A stretch of 56,183 nucleotides of DNA from Deltaproteobacteria bacterium. GTDB lineage: Bacteria > Bdellovibrionota > JACOXK01 > 2-02-FULL-40-11. Where the stretch lies: contig JACQJD010000080.1 of assembly GCA_016198185.1 (NCBI GenBank), positions 1-56,183 on the forward strand, in the 5' to 3' direction. The notes under the pieces were generated by a model. The model was not told the origin of the DNA, did not search any database, and was given only the letters and a program-made list of their open reading frames with translations. A program made the translations under genes and the position numbers. Below are positions 9,904 to 21,690 of the stretch, one piece after another (positions within the stretch are counted from its first letter, which is position 1; each line of letters starts with the position of its first letter).

Positions 9904-10497
9904 TTAATTCAACTCGGTTGAATTCCTTTCGATCGGAAACAACCCCTCTTTCATGAGTAATTTTTCCAATCGCTCACTCTTGGTTTTAAGCCATTTTTCA
10001 TAGAGCCGTAAGATATCGATCGAGGAATGGGAAAAAGCGCCTTCAGAGACTTCAGCCAAAACATCCACATAGGTTGAAAAACGATTCGCCAAGTCCTCAT
10101 ACAATTGATGCAAATGCTGTTTCGAAAGGAGATTGGCAAGATTCTTATAAGCAATCCCCCCCATATTCATATAATAATCCACATCGACCAATTGACGGGA
10201 CAGGCTATCTGCAAAAAAACCAGAAACATACAACGCAAAATCTCCCAATTCTTTAAAGAGTTGAATTTTGACTTGCGGCTGTGAAAGCAGGGCCTTTTGA
10301 TATTGAAGTGCTAATGGTTTTTTTTGAGATTCTTTCATCGCCTCCATTTGCATATACCGAACCAGTAAAGAAACGAGATAAAATTCTATTTCTGGATGGG
10401 TTTCAATGTGTTGATTTTGAAGCGATTGTACAACTCTTTCCCGAAAAAACTCCAAAGGCTCATTAAAAATACTTATTTTAGAATTCTTTTTAAGCAT
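9904..10497 (-). CDS. conserved hypothetical protein
   Basis: 197 aa with GGAG RBS; pattern LGDFALYVSGFF..SL....VD.DYY..MG..AY recalls an uncharacterised proteobacterial family. Confidence 0.8.
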   Translation of the reverse strand: MLKKNSKISIFNEPLEFFRERVVQSLQNQHIETHPEIEFYLVSLLVRYMQMEAMKESQKKPLALQYQKALLSQPQVKIQLFKELGDFALYVSGFFADSLSRQLVDVDYYMNMGGIAYKNLANLLSKQHLHQLYEDLANRFSTYVDVLAEVSEGAFSHSSIDILRLYEKWLKTKSERLEKLLMKEGLFPIERNSTELN

Positions 10498-10543
10498 GGC
10501 GCTCCCCTCCTCATACCCACACCCCAGAAGGCAATACCAGCTA

Positions 10544-10567
10544 CAGGCTGTTGAAAAAGGCCCAGAT
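10544..10567. repeat. solo MITE terminal sequence
   Basis: CAGGCTGTTGAAAAAGGCCCAGAT matches the left end of the 19105 element. Confidence 0.6.
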
Positions 10568-10644
10568 ACTAAAAAGTATAACGAACAGCGCTAAAAAAAT
10601 CAAACACTTGAAGTTATAGCGCAGCCAGCAGTACACTGCTCTAG

Positions 10645-11751
10645 GTGAAGCAACGCATCATTTTTACATACATTTTAAAAGAACTCTTCTGGCCATTTAT
10701 CCTAGGACTTTCTGTTTTTGTTTTTATCTTGGTCATGTCCCAAATGCTCCGGCTCAATGAACTCATCATCGTTCATGGGGTTGGAATTGGATCGGTCCTC
10801 TTATTGCTTTTTTATTTATTGACCTCTTTTTTAGCGATTTCAATCCCCATTGCACTTTTGTTTTCGGTGATGATGGTTTTTGGCCGTCTTTCTTCAGACA
10901 GTGAAATCATTGCGCTACGTGCTTCTGGGTTTAGTTTGTTTCAACTGCTTAAACCTGTAGTGCTGTTTGCTTTAATCATTTGTACATTTTGTTTGTATTT
11001 AACCATTTATTTGGAAAATTGGGGTGCAAGATCCTATCGTTCCCTCATTTTTCAGATTGGAAAAAATAAAGCTTCTGTCGGAATCAAAGAAGGCGTTTTT
11101 AACGATGATTTTTTTGGACTTGTGTTATACGCCCAAACCATAGACTCAGAACACAACAGTTTAAAAAATATTTTTATTTACGATCAGCGTGAAAAGAATC
11201 GCCCTCTTTCTATTGTATCTGAAACGGGTTACCTGGTATCTTCTTCAGATCTACCTTCCATGTTTCTTGTTTTAAATAAAGGAAGCCTCCATTCCATTGA
11301 AAGAGACCATAGCTCTGTTCAAAAAATCATGTTTGATCAATACACCATCAATTTATCACTGGATGATATTTTTCAAGAAGATCGAAAAGAAAAAGCAAAG
11401 TGGTTGCCCTTGAATAAACTTTTGGAACGCTCTAAAGAACTTCGCCAAGAAGGGGACCTTCAAAAGGCTAGGGAGTATGAATCTGAGTTCCATCGAAAGT
11501 TTTCAATGGCCTTCGTAAGCCTCATTTTTGCAGCCTTGGGCATTGCACTCGGTATTAAACCCACTCGCGCAGTGAAATCTTTATCTTTCATCTATACGAT
11601 GATTGCCGTTGGGGTCTATTGGATCCTCTACATGAATACCAAAACACTGGCCATATCTGGCCTAGTTCCACCGGCTCTTGCCATGTGGCTTCCCAATCTA
11701 TTATTTGGATTGCTTGCAGGCTACCTCATCTATAAAACCAATCGGCAGTAA
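10645..11751 (+). CDS. lptF: LPS export ABC permease LptF
   Basis: GRLSSDSEIIALRASG signature; 3 TM + periplasmic domain + 3 TM; WLPN near the C-terminus. Confidence 0.9.
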   Translation: MKQRIIFTYILKELFWPFILGLSVFVFILVMSQMLRLNELIIVHGVGIGSVLLLLFYLLTSFLAISIPIALLFSVMMVFGRLSSDSEIIALRASGFSLFQLLKPVVLFALIICTFCLYLTIYLENWGARSYRSLIFQIGKNKASVGIKEGVFNDDFFGLVLYAQTIDSEHNSLKNIFIYDQREKNRPLSIVSETGYLVSSSDLPSMFLVLNKGSLHSIERDHSSVQKIMFDQYTINLSLDDIFQEDRKEKAKWLPLNKLLERSKELRQEGDLQKAREYESEFHRKFSMAFVSLIFAALGIALGIKPTRAVKSLSFIYTMIAVGVYWILYMNTKTLAISGLVPPALAMWLPNLLFGLLAGYLIYKTNRQ

Positions 11752-11753
11752 AG

Positions 11754-12893
11754 ATGTTTGTTCCGCTGGGTATTTATATTCATTTTCCGTTTTGTATCCA
11801 TCGATGCGTATATTGTGACTTTAACGTGTTTTTAGATGAAGGACCCAAAGCCCACGCTACATTCATAGATCTTCTCGAAAAAGAAATCTCTCACCAATCA
11901 AAACGCTACAGCTCCCGCTTTAAAGTAGACACCATTTACTGCGGAGGAGGAACTCCTTCTTTATTCTCCCCACCCCTGATTCAACGTGTCTTAAACTGTC
12001 TTTCTGATCAATTTCAGCTGACCCAAACATGTGAAATTACATTGGAAGCCAACCCAAATTCTTTAAACCGCGAAAACCTCGAAGGATTTTTAAAAAGTGG
12101 TATCAATCGATTGAGCATTGGCATTCAGTCGCTCACCCAAAAGCATTTAAAGACGTTAGAGAGATCTCATACAGCCCAAGAAGCTCTCGAAGCTATCGCA
12201 TTGGCCCAAACCGTTGGCTTTCGTAACATCAATTTGGATTTTATTTTTGGCATTCCGGGTCAAACGCTCCTAGAATGGCAAGAGACTCTTTTGAAAGCGT
12301 TTTCTTTGAACCCTCAGCATCTTTCTACTTACCATTTGACCGTCCCCCCTCGAAATCGTTTGTTTGAACAATTGCCCTCAGATGGCTTGGGAAAAGCTAT
12401 GTATCAATGGGCCGTTCGAGAGCTCCCCACACAAGGATTTAGACATTATGAAGTTTCGGCGTTCTCTCAAACAGGAATGGAATGCAAACATAATCTCAAA
12501 TACTGGAAACTTGAAAACTACTTAGGATTGGGGCCTGGTGCTGATTCTTACCTCATCACACCCGAGTGGCCTTTTGGATGTCACCTATCCAATATCCGAA
12601 ATTTAAAACAATACGAAACAGCTATTTTAACCCAAAATGGTGCCCTGGCTGAATCCGAAATCTTAAACCAAGACCAAGCTCAACGGGACTATCTCCTAAC
12701 CCATTTTCGGCTGATGGAAGGAATCTCGTTCCAGGCATTTCAGGATCGATTTCATCTTTCATTTGAAGATCGTTATCAAAAAATCTTGCAAAGTCTCCAA
12801 GAAAAAATGATGGTTGACATTCATAAACAAATGCTCAAATTAACGCCGAAAGGTTTATTATACTTAAATCAAGTGTTAATCGACTTTATGTAG
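11754..12893 (+). CDS. hemW: radical SAM heme chaperone HemW
   Basis: YIHFPFCIHRCVYCDF, GGGTPS, EANP, YEVS and HNxxYW motifs; upstream of grpE-dnaK. Confidence 0.93.
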   Translation: MFVPLGIYIHFPFCIHRCVYCDFNVFLDEGPKAHATFIDLLEKEISHQSKRYSSRFKVDTIYCGGGTPSLFSPPLIQRVLNCLSDQFQLTQTCEITLEANPNSLNRENLEGFLKSGINRLSIGIQSLTQKHLKTLERSHTAQEALEAIALAQTVGFRNINLDFIFGIPGQTLLEWQETLLKAFSLNPQHLSTYHLTVPPRNRLFEQLPSDGLGKAMYQWAVRELPTQGFRHYEVSAFSQTGMECKHNLKYWKLENYLGLGPGADSYLITPEWPFGCHLSNIRNLKQYETAILTQNGALAESEILNQDQAQRDYLLTHFRLMEGISFQAFQDRFHLSFEDRYQKILQSLQEKMMVDIHKQMLKLTPKGLLYLNQVLIDFM

Positions 12894-12911
12894 AAAAATC
12901 AAGGAGTTAGC

Positions 12912-13514
12912 GTGGATTCAGATTCTAAAAATGAACATCCCCAAGGGAAAAATGTGTGTGAACTCGGGAAAAAACCAGAATCTTCATCTACCCCTGAAAA
13001 ACCAGAATATGTGCTTAAAAAGAAAAAAGACGAAGAAGATTGGAAATTAAAATACGAAAAGGCTGCAACGGAAACGAAAGAAAATTTTGAAAAATGGTTA
13101 TACTTAAGAGCAGAATTTGAAAATTTTAAAAAGCGGATTGAAAAAGAAAAACAGGTTCACATTAAATATGGCATTGAGCATTTCGCGAAAGAACTTTTAA
13201 GTGTCGTAGACAATTTAGAAAGAGCTCTTTCTTTTACAGAAAAAGAAAATCATGAAAAATTAAAAGAAGGGATTGAGTTAACCTTAAAAGAGTGCTTAAA
13301 GGTTTTAGAAAAATTTGGCATTAACCCTATTGAAAGTTTGGGAATGAAATTTAATCCACAAGTTCATGATGCGGTTTTACAAGAGGAAAGTGATGCAGAG
13401 GCTGGAACGATTTTAAGAGAAGAACACAAGGGATATTTGCTTCACGATCGACTGCTGCGCTCTGCAAAAGTGATTGTGGCAAAACCAAAGTCACTGGGCA
13501 CAAAAGGAGGATAA
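12912..13514 (+). CDS. grpE: nucleotide exchange factor GrpE
   Basis: [36 protein letters not shown] motifs. Confidence 0.97.
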   Translation: MDSDSKNEHPQGKNVCELGKKPESSSTPEKPEYVLKKKKDEEDWKLKYEKAATETKENFEKWLYLRAEFENFKKRIEKEKQVHIKYGIEHFAKELLSVVDNLERALSFTEKENHEKLKEGIELTLKECLKVLEKFGINPIESLGMKFNPQVHDAVLQEESDAEAGTILREEHKGYLLHDRLLRSAKVIVAKPKSLGTKGG

Positions 13515-13515
13515 T

Positions 13516-15462
13516 ATGGCAAAAGATAACGAAACCAAAGGCAAGGGTAAAATCATAGGGATTGATTTGGGGACAACCTTTTCATGTGTGGCCATCATGG
13601 AAGGCAGCGATGCCAAAGTCATTGAAAATTCAGAAGGACAAAGAACAACGCCTTCTGTCGTTGGCATCACAGATAAGGGCGAACGATTGGTAGGAGCCTT
13701 GGCACGTCGCCAAGCGGTCACCAATGCGCAAAATACTGTCTATTCTGTAAAACGTCTCATGGGCCGAAAGTACGATACCGAACAAGTTAAAAAATGGCAT
13801 GAACGCGCTTCTTACGACATTGTCAAAGCCGATAATGGCGATGCGTGGGTTAAACTTCGAGATAAATCTTATAGTCCTCCGGAAATTTCCGCTTTTATTC
13901 TACAAAAAATGAAAAAAACAGTTGAAGACTATTTGGGTGAAAAAATTGAACGTGCTGTTATTACCGTACCTGCTTATTTTAATGATGCGCAGCGGCAAGC
14001 CACCAAAGACTCAGGTCGCATTGCCGGATTAAACGTTGAACGAATTATCAATGAACCCACCGCCGCAGCTTTGGCCTATGGGCTGGATAAAAAGGGAGAT
14101 CGAAAAATTGCGGTTTTTGATCTGGGGGGCGGAACCTTTGATATTTCCATTTTGGAATTGGGGTCAGGGGTTTTTGAAGTTAAGGCAACGAATGGAGATA
14201 CCTTTTTAGGGGGCGAAGATTTCGATCTTGCCATCGTAGAATTTTTGGCGTTGGATTTTAAAAAAGAAACTGGCATTGATTTAAGAAAAGATAAAATTGC
14301 ACTTCAACGACTCAAAGAAGCTTCAGAAAAAGCAAAAATTGAACTTTCTTCATCTGTAGAAACGGATATTAATTTGCCCTTTATTACGGCCGATCAATCT
14401 GGGCCCAAACATTTAAATGTTAAATTGACCCGGTCTAAACTGGAAAGTTTGTGTCATGATTTGATTGAACGTGTGGTTGCGCCTTGTCGAGGTGCTCTCA
14501 AAGACGCAAAACTTTCTACCACGGAAATTGAGGATGTCATTTTGGTGGGGGGAATGACCCGCATGCCCAAAGTTCGTGAAAAGGTAAAAGAAATTTTTGG
14601 AAAAGAGCCTCACAAAGGCGTCAATCCCGACGAAGTGGTGGCCATGGGCGCTGCCATTCAAGCAGGTGTTTTACAAGGAGAGGTCAAAGATATTTTGCTC
14701 CTCGATGTTACCCCGCTTTCTCTTGGAATTGAAACGTTGGGCAGCGTTTTTACAAAAATTATCGATCGAAATACAACCGTTCCCACGCGTAAAAGCCAAG
14801 TATTTTCAACCGCTCAAGACAATCAACCCGCCGTGACTATTCATGTGCTCCAAGGGGAACGTGAGATGGCCTCTGATAATAAATCTTTGGGCCGTTTCGA
14901 TTTGGTGGGCATCCCACCGGCACCTCGAGGACTTCCACAAATTGAAGTCACCTTTAACATTGACGCCAATGGCATTGTCCATGTCAGCGCCAAAGACAAA
15001 GGAACTGGCAAGGAACAATCGATTGAAGTAAAACCTTCGAGTGGACTCTCGGAAGATGAAATTCAAAAAATGGTTAAAGATGCCGAAACACATGCATCCG
15101 AAGACAAGAAAAAAGCAGAATTGGTTCATGCCAGAAATAATTTGGATAATTTAATTTATACTTCCGAAAAATCATTGAAGGATTATGCAGATAAAATTGA
15201 TGAGCCAACCAAGAAAACCATTGAAACGGCTCTAGACCAAGCCAAAAAGGCATTATCCAGTGATGTGGTCAGTGAACTGCAATCTGCGATAGATGAACTC
15301 AATCGTGCTTCTCATAAGTTAAGTGAAATCATTTACAAAGAAACATCTTCGCAAAAGGCTTCTCAAGAAGCCCCTTCGCAAGCGTCGGCAAACGCTGAAA
15401 CAAACAAGGGCAAAGGTAAAGATGACGACGTCATTGATGCAGATTATAAAGAAGTAAAATAA
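13516..15462 (+). CDS. dnaK: chaperone DnaK
   Basis: [24 protein letters not shown] motifs; start moved to the ATG at 13516 behind AAGGAGG. Confidence 0.99.
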   Translation: MAKDNETKGKGKIIGIDLGTTFSCVAIMEGSDAKVIENSEGQRTTPSVVGITDKGERLVGALARRQAVTNAQNTVYSVKRLMGRKYDTEQVKKWHERASYDIVKADNGDAWVKLRDKSYSPPEISAFILQKMKKTVEDYLGEKIERAVITVPAYFNDAQRQATKDSGRIAGLNVERIINEPTAAALAYGLDKKGDRKIAVFDLGGGTFDISILELGSGVFEVKATNGDTFLGGEDFDLAIVEFLALDFKKETGIDLRKDKIALQRLKEASEKAKIELSSSVETDINLPFITADQSGPKHLNVKLTRSKLESLCHDLIERVVAPCRGALKDAKLSTTEIEDVILVGGMTRMPKVREKVKEIFGKEPHKGVNPDEVVAMGAAIQAGVLQGEVKDILLLDVTPLSLGIETLGSVFTKIIDRNTTVPTRKSQVFSTAQDNQPAVTIHVLQGEREMASDNKSLGRFDLVGIPPAPRGLPQIEVTFNIDANGIVHVSAKDKGTGKEQSIEVKPSSGLSEDEIQKMVKDAETHASEDKKKAELVHARNNLDNLIYTSEKSLKDYADKIDEPTKKTIETALDQAKKALSSDVVSELQSAIDELNRASHKLSEIIYKETSSQKASQEAPSQASANAETNKGKGKDDDVIDADYKEVK

Positions 15463-15490
15463 CCTGCTACCTCTCTTCGGTGGAACTACG

Positions 15491-16639
15491 TTGGCTACAA
15501 CTAAAAGAGACTACTATGATATTCTGGGCGTTGATCGAAGCGCTAGCGCAGACGACATCAAAAAAGCTTACCGAAAGCTTGCCTTAAAATATCATCCCGA
15601 TCGCAATGCGGGAGACAAGCAAGCCGAAGAACACTTCAAAGAAATTTCAGAAGCTTATGAGGCGCTCTCAGATGCCCAAAAACGGCAGGCCTACGATCAA
15701 TTTGGTCACGCCGGTATGGGACAAGGCTCATTTCAAGAGGGCGGTTTTGGCCCGGGGGGTGCGGCAGGATTTGGATTTGAGGATCTCTTTGGAAATATTT
15801 TTGAAGATTTTTTTGGGGGAAGAGGTCAAAGGCGCGGTCGACGACCTCAAACCTTTCGAGGCGTGGCCGGCGATGATTTGAAACTGCGCGTCAAAGTATC
15901 CTTTAAAGATGCGGCCCTCGGCAAAACAATTCAACTGAATGTTCCAAAAGAAATGTCCTGCGAGCAGTGCCATGGCTCTGGTGCAAAGGCCGGAACACAA
16001 CCTATCACTTGCCCAGAATGTGAAGGTGCTGGCGAAGTCCGATACCAACAAGGATTTTTTAGCATTGCCAGAACCTGCCCCAAGTGCCAAGGACAAGGGA
16101 AAGTCATTGGTTCACCTTGCCAGACGTGTCATGGCTCTGGACATGTGCGACAAACCAAAAAATTAGAAATCAATATCCCCGCGGGGATCGATCACGGACA
16201 AAGTTTAAGAGTTACTGGAGAAGGCCATGCTGGATATCAAGGGGGATCTCCAGGCGATTTATATGTATTGGTTCAAGTAGAAGATCACCCTTTTTTCCAA
16301 CGTGAAGGGGAACAGGTGATGTGTGAAATTCCAATCACGTTTGTTCAAGCAGCTTTGGGAACTGAAATCGAAGTACCTACCTTATATGAAAGAGTGAATA
16401 TGTCGATTCCCGCTGGCACCCAAAGTGGAAAAATTTTTAGGCTTCGAGGGAAAGGCTTCCCAAGACTTCATGGCTATGGTAATGGGGATCAATTGGTAAA
16501 AGTCATTGTTGAAGTTCCAATGCATTTGAATGCAAGTCAAAAGAAGCTATTGGAAGAATATGCCAAAATAACTGGAGACAAGGTAAATCCCATGCGACAA
16601 GGTTTTTTAGATCAAATGAAAAAATTATTTGGCGCATGA
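15491..16639 (+). CDS. dnaJ: chaperone DnaJ
   Basis: J domain with HPD, G/F-rich region, four CxxCxGxG repeats. Confidence 0.99.
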   Translation: MATTKRDYYDILGVDRSASADDIKKAYRKLALKYHPDRNAGDKQAEEHFKEISEAYEALSDAQKRQAYDQFGHAGMGQGSFQEGGFGPGGAAGFGFEDLFGNIFEDFFGGRGQRRGRRPQTFRGVAGDDLKLRVKVSFKDAALGKTIQLNVPKEMSCEQCHGSGAKAGTQPITCPECEGAGEVRYQQGFFSIARTCPKCQGQGKVIGSPCQTCHGSGHVRQTKKLEINIPAGIDHGQSLRVTGEGHAGYQGGSPGDLYVLVQVEDHPFFQREGEQVMCEIPITFVQAALGTEIEVPTLYERVNMSIPAGTQSGKIFRLRGKGFPRLHGYGNGDQLVKVIVEVPMHLNASQKKLLEEYAKITGDKVNPMRQGFLDQMKKLFGA

Positions 16640-18489
16640 AACACTTTTTTTCAAATTCTGTTTTTAGAGGGCTTTCTGTTTTTTTGCTTCTCTTAACTGC
16701 TTGTGCGCAAATCCCGATACGTCGAGATCCACCTCAGCTAGAAGTCAATGAAACAGCTGCTCAAGCCTTAAAAAAGATTACCCTTGCCCACCGTGAAAAA
16801 GATTTAAGCTATATTGAAGCGCTGAAAACATTTCTCGCCACTTATCCCGATACGCTGGAAGCTCAAGAAGCAAAATTTGAAATAGCGCAAGCGTATTATA
16901 CTCAAAACCTCATTTCCGAGGCTTCCAAAACATTAGAAGAGTTAGATCCCGAATCACTGGCGCAAACCATGGCCGCAAAAGTTTATTATCTATCTGCACT
17001 AACGGCACGTAAACTTGAACTTTATTATGAAATGACACGGTATCAAATTGAATTCTTGAAACGCTCCACTTCGGCAGCCGCCCATGAAAAAGTCAAACAA
17101 GAGATCTTATCAACCCTCGAAACCCATTTGGATATCGATCGGATGGAAGCCTTGCTTTCTGAATACCCACAAGAATTTCCTGCTGGTGAATTACATTATT
17201 ATTTAGGCAAACACCTTTTCGATCAAGGCAATCATGAAAATGCAGAATCCCATTTTACACAAGCCCTAGAGCAACTTTCAGATGAGTTTCAAAAAGAAAA
17301 AATTAGTCGATTTTTGGCTGAAATTCACAAAACCTATTCAACCCAAAAACACGTCATTGGATGTATCTTGCCGCTATCCGGTAAATATGCTTCCTACGGA
17401 GAAAAAAGTCTGAAAGGCCTTCAACTGGCGTTGGATTTCTTTTCTGAAACTTCTACCAAAAACTTTGAATTGGCCATTTACGATTCTCAGGGAGATCCTC
17501 AAAAAGCAGAACAGGGTGTTTCAGAACTGTTGGAAAAACACGGCGTTATGGCCATTGTCGGCCCCTTACTCCAAAGCACTTCCGAAGGTGCTGCCAAAAG
17601 AGCACAACAATTACATGTTCCTTTCATCAATCTTTCTCAGCATCCAACCCTTTTAGAAACAGGTGATTTTATATTTCAAATTTCCATGACAAAAAAACAG
17701 GAAGTCCGTGCTTTGGTCCATTACGCCTGTGAACAACAAGGACTGAAAAAATTTGCGATATTGTACCCTGAAGATCCCTACGGTATTGATTTTGTAAATT
17801 TATTTTGGGATGCCGTGGAATCGTGCGGAGGAGAAGTGGTGGCCGCAGAAGTTTATGCTTCGGGGCAAAAAGATTTTAATCAAGAAATTAAAAAACTGGT
17901 GGGGTTACAGTGGCCCAGGGCGAGAACTCAAGAATATACATCGGAAGAAGCCAGATTAAAAATGGTGTTAAACCGAAAAGAACTTCAGGAAAAAGAAGTT
18001 AAACTTTCACCCATCGTTGATTTTGAAGCCCTCTTTATTCCAGATCATGTCAAAGCCATTGGACAAATTGCACCTACCTTGGCTTATTACGATGTCGAAC
18101 ATGTTTTGTTATTGGGAAGTGAAAGTTGGAACTCCCCCGAGCTGGTTACCCGGGGGCAACACTATATTGAAGGTGCTGTCTTTGTAGATGGTTTCTTTCC
18201 ACACAGTGGGAACCCACAGATTAAAAATTTTGTAAAACAGTATCAAACGATATTTGGTGAAATACCCCAAATTTGGCAGGCCCAAGCGTATGATGCCATG
18301 GATTTATTGACCACCCTTTTATCTAAAGAAGATGTGGATACCCGAGAAAAACTTAAAAATGAATTAACGGCCCTTACAGAAATAGAGGGGGTCACAGGCC
18401 GTTTGTTGGTTTTGGCCCCACAACAAATTCAAAAAGAATTGGTTTTGCTAACCGTAAAAAATCAAAAAATAACCACGCTGTCAGAATAA
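16636..18489 (+). CDS. LpoA-like lipoprotein (TPR + periplasmic binding protein type 1 domain)
   Basis: Lipobox LLTAC; TPR helices; [10 protein letters not shown] and IVGPL motifs of the LppC/PBP1 fold; ATGA overlap with dnaJ. Confidence 0.85.
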   Translation: MKHFFSNSVFRGLSVFLLLLTACAQIPIRRDPPQLEVNETAAQALKKITLAHREKDLSYIEALKTFLATYPDTLEAQEAKFEIAQAYYTQNLISEASKTLEELDPESLAQTMAAKVYYLSALTARKLELYYEMTRYQIEFLKRSTSAAAHEKVKQEILSTLETHLDIDRMEALLSEYPQEFPAGELHYYLGKHLFDQGNHENAESHFTQALEQLSDEFQKEKISRFLAEIHKTYSTQKHVIGCILPLSGKYASYGEKSLKGLQLALDFFSETSTKNFELAIYDSQGDPQKAEQGVSELLEKHGVMAIVGPLLQSTSEGAAKRAQQLHVPFINLSQHPTLLETGDFIFQISMTKKQEVRALVHYACEQQGLKKFAILYPEDPYGIDFVNLFWDAVESCGGEVVAAEVYASGQKDFNQEIKKLVGLQWPRARTQEYTSEEARLKMVLNRKELQEKEVKLSPIVDFEALFIPDHVKAIGQIAPTLAYYDVEHVLLLGSESWNSPELVTRGQHYIEGAVFVDGFFPHSGNPQIKNFVKQYQTIFGEIPQIWQAQAYDAMDLLTTLLSKEDVDTREKLKNELTALTEIEGVTGRLLVLAPQQIQKELVLLTVKNQKITTLSE

Positions 18490-18544
18490 TCTTTTTCTAA
18501 ACTTTTTAAATTTCAATTCGTCTGATGTGTACAAATGCAGAAGC

Positions 18545-18630
18545 TATTCAAAAAGTTAATTGAAGCATGGCAACCTCTCTGAGGCTTGAAATGATAGGAA
18601 GGGGCCATGATTCGAATTAACTTTTCAAAT
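18545..18630. repeat. degenerate hairpin related to family B
   Basis: Arms AAAAGTTAATT-GAA-GCATGGC / GCCATG-A-TTC-G-AATTAACTTTT; centre CTCTGAGGCTTGAAATG matches the 23323-23339 core. Confidence 0.55.
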
Positions 18631-18716
18631 GAAGGTGAGCCATGCTAGAATAAGCGTTTGTTAATAAGGTGATTGTGTAAAATTCCCTAATTAAATCTTA
18701 ATGATAGGGGGTATCT

Positions 18717-19085
18717 ATGAAAAAGAAGGATCTAGACCGGTTCAAAGAAAGACTTTTGAACCAAAAACAACAAATCTTGCACAGCAGCGAAAAAATCAGG
18801 GCAGAACAGATGAACATCGAAAGAGAAGATCTGCCAGATGAAATTGATCAAGCAAGCTCTGAACTATCCAAATCACTCATGTTGCGACTCAATGACCGGG
18901 AGAGGGCCATATTGCCTAAAATTGAACGCGCCCTTGAAAAGATTGGACGAGGTGAATACGGCATTTGTGAAAATTGCGAGAGTGAAATTGGCCTTTCTAG
19001 ATTAGAGGTTCGGCCTTTTGCGTTGCTGTGTATTAAATGCAAGGAAGAAGAAGAACACAAAGAAAAACTCTACGCCAATTCTTAA
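18717..19085 (+). CDS. dksA: DksA/TraR C4 zinc-finger transcription factor
   Basis: DEIDQA coiled-coil tip (DxxDxA); YGICENC...RLEVRP...CIKC. Confidence 0.9.
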   Translation: MKKKDLDRFKERLLNQKQQILHSSEKIRAEQMNIEREDLPDEIDQASSELSKSLMLRLNDRERAILPKIERALEKIGRGEYGICENCESEIGLSRLEVRPFALLCIKCKEEEEHKEKLYANS

Positions 19086-19104
19086 GGATCGCCCTTTAAA
19101 ATAA

Positions 19105-19236
19105 TAGGGCTGTTGAAAATGGCCCAGGGACGCCGCACCTGAAGGTGCGCGGCCCCCCCCTGAGGCGTACTTGTGATGAGTACGTTGAGGCAGACACGAC
19201 GAGCGACGTAGATACGGGCTATTTTGAACAGCCCTA
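19105..19236. mobile_element. 132-bp MITE-like element
   Basis: 21-bp terminal inverted repeats TAGGGCTGTTGAAAATGGCCC / GGGCTATTTTGAACAGCCCTA (2 mismatches); GC-rich interior with small hairpins; no ORF. Confidence 0.8.
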
Positions 19237-19284
19237 AAGTTAGCCTTTAAAAAGGCCGAAACACTTCATAGATATAGGAAATCT

Positions 19285-21690
19285 ATGAGTGACCCTTTCG
19301 GACAACCCAAACCGCTTACATTGCCAGAAGAATTACCACTCCTTCCGGTTCGTGATGTGGTTATTTTTCCTTATATGATCTTGCCGCTTTTTGTGGGAAG
19401 AGATGCTTCCATTAAAGCCATTGAGGAATCCTGGAAAAGCCACAAACTGATTCAACTGTGTACTCAAAAAAACGTATCCGATGAGAACCCAATACCGCAA
19501 GACATCTACCCCATTGGAACCTATGCCTCAATGATACGAATGAGAAAATTACCAGATGGTCGTGTGAAAATTATGGTCCAAGCCATTGGAAGAGCGCGGG
19601 TTAAAAAATATACCCACACCACTCCTTTTTATACGGTTGCCATTGAACAGTTAGAGGATTTTTCTTTAAAAGCACAAGCTCCTGCAGATGTTCAAATTGA
19701 AGCTTTAATTCGAACCGTAAAAGAACAACTTGAAAAACTAATTTCCCTGGGGAAAATGCTTTCTCCCGATCTTTTAATGCTATTGGATGAATCGCAAGAT
19801 GCCGGGCAATTGGCGGACCTGATCGGTGCCAACTTAGGGCTTCGTGTCCCTGAAGCACAAAGTATTTTAGAATTGGTCGATGTTGAACAACGATTGGAAA
19901 AAGTATCCTCTATTCTGACACGAGAGTTGGACGTCTTAAACATGCAAGCCAAGATTCGCTCTCAAGCACGCGATGAAATGACGCGATCTCAACGAGAATA
20001 TTATTTAAGAGAACAACTCAAAGCCATTAAGACGGAGCTCGGTGAACTGGATGCCAAAGAAGATGACATCGATGAATTGAGACACCGCATTGAAACGGCA
20101 GGCATGTTACCGGCCGTTCAACAAGAAGCACTGAAACAATTGCACCGATTAGAACGCATGCATCCAGAATCTTCAGAATCCAGCGTGGTTCGAGGATACC
20201 TCGATTGGCTCATCGACATGCCGTGGGCTAAAAAAACCGACGACAACATTGATATTAAAAAAGCCAAAGAAATATTAGATGAAGATCATTTCGGATTAGA
20301 CAAAGTGAAAGAACGCATTTTGGAATACCTCGCCGTTCGAAAAATTAAAGACCATACAGCAGGTCCTATTTTGTGTTTTTCAGGCCCCCCGGGCGTTGGA
20401 AAAACCTCGCTTGGAAAATCCATTGCCCGAGCCATGGGCAAAAAATTTCATCGTGTTTCTTTAGGCGGCCTTCGAGACGAAGCTGAAATCAGAGGACACC
20501 GCCGCACGTATGTGGGCGCCATGCCAGGTAAAATTATTCAAGGCATTAAATTAGCGGGAACAAACAACCCTGTTTTCATGCTGGATGAAATTGACAAATT
20601 GGGAAGTGATTTTAGAGGAGATCCCTCTTCTGCACTCCTTGAAGTCCTTGATCCAGAACAGAATTCAAGCTTTGTGGACCATTACTTAAATGTCCCTTTT
20701 GATCTTTCAAAAGTATTGTTCATTACAACGGCCAATTTAACAGACCCCATTCCGCCAGCCCTCAAAGACCGAATGGAAATTATTCAATTGCCCGGCTACA
20801 CAGAGCTTGAAAAAAATAAAATTGCGGAACATTTTTTAATTCCAAAACAACTTGAAAATAATGGACTCACGGTCGCTCAATTAAAATTTACGGAAGGCGC
20901 GATTTGTAAAATCATTCACCATTATACCCAAGAAGCAGGGTTACGAAATCTAGAAAGAGAAATTTCTTCCATTTGCCGAAAAGTTGCTCGAAAAATTACA
21001 GAAGGACACAAGGACCAAATCGAAATCTCAGATAAAAATATTCAAGAATATTTAGGCATTCCAAAATACCTCAAAGAAGAAGGACAGGAAAAAAATGAAA
21101 TTGGCATTGCCACAGGATTAGCGTGGACAGCTTATGGCGGGGAAGTGCTCTATGTGGAAGCACGAGAGATGAAAGGAAAAACCAAAGCCCTGACCCTTAC
21201 GGGACAATTGGGAGATGTCATGAAAGAATCTGCTCAAGCATCTTTGGGATACATTCGTTCATGTCAGGAATTTTATGGCATTGCGAAAGATTACTTTGAT
21301 GAACATGAACTTCATATCCACGTCCCCAAAGGAGCCATTCCCAAAGACGGACCTTCGGCCGGCGTTACGCTCGCAACAGCTATTTTATCGATCATTACGA
21401 AAAGAGCCGTGAAAAAAGATATCGCCATGACCGGTGAAATTAGCTTATCGGGAAAAGTCTATGCTGTGGGCGGCATTCGAGACAAAGTATTGGCGGCCAT
21501 GCGACAAAATATTTTTCAAGTCATTATCCCTGAACAAAACAAAGATGTGCTCAAAGAACTTCCTGAAGAAGTCATTCAAAAAGTAAAATTCATTTTTGTA
21601 AAGACCCTGGAAGATGTCTTTAGAATTGCTTTGGAAACCACCCACGCTCTCAAAACCCACAAAGCCAGAGAAATCGAAAAAGCCGCTTAG
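19285..21690 (+). CDS. lon: ATP-dependent protease Lon
   Basis: LON N-domain, GPPGVGKTS, IRGHRRTYVGAMPG, PKDGPSAG catalytic Ser. Confidence 0.99.
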   Translation: MSDPFGQPKPLTLPEELPLLPVRDVVIFPYMILPLFVGRDASIKAIEESWKSHKLIQLCTQKNVSDENPIPQDIYPIGTYASMIRMRKLPDGRVKIMVQAIGRARVKKYTHTTPFYTVAIEQLEDFSLKAQAPADVQIEALIRTVKEQLEKLISLGKMLSPDLLMLLDESQDAGQLADLIGANLGLRVPEAQSILELVDVEQRLEKVSSILTRELDVLNMQAKIRSQARDEMTRSQREYYLREQLKAIKTELGELDAKEDDIDELRHRIETAGMLPAVQQEALKQLHRLERMHPESSESSVVRGYLDWLIDMPWAKKTDDNIDIKKAKEILDEDHFGLDKVKERILEYLAVRKIKDHTAGPILCFSGPPGVGKTSLGKSIARAMGKKFHRVSLGGLRDEAEIRGHRRTYVGAMPGKIIQGIKLAGTNNPVFMLDEIDKLGSDFRGDPSSALLEVLDPEQNSSFVDHYLNVPFDLSKVLFITTANLTDPIPPALKDRMEIIQLPGYTELEKNKIAEHFLIPKQLENNGLTVAQLKFTEGAICKIIHHYTQEAGLRNLEREISSICRKVARKITEGHKDQIEISDKNIQEYLGIPKYLKEEGQEKNEIGIATGLAWTAYGGEVLYVEAREMKGKTKALTLTGQLGDVMKESAQASLGYIRSCQEFYGIAKDYFDEHELHIHVPKGAIPKDGPSAGVTLATAILSIITKRAVKKDIAMTGEISLSGKVYAVGGIRDKVLAAMRQNIFQVIIPEQNKDVLKELPEEVIQKVKFIFVKTLEDVFRIALETTHALKTHKAREIEKAA

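Noticed and set aside
13474-13515. Extended DnaK N-terminus from the ORF track
   Set aside because: Overlaps grpE; the strong AAGGAGG RBS points to the ATG at 13516.
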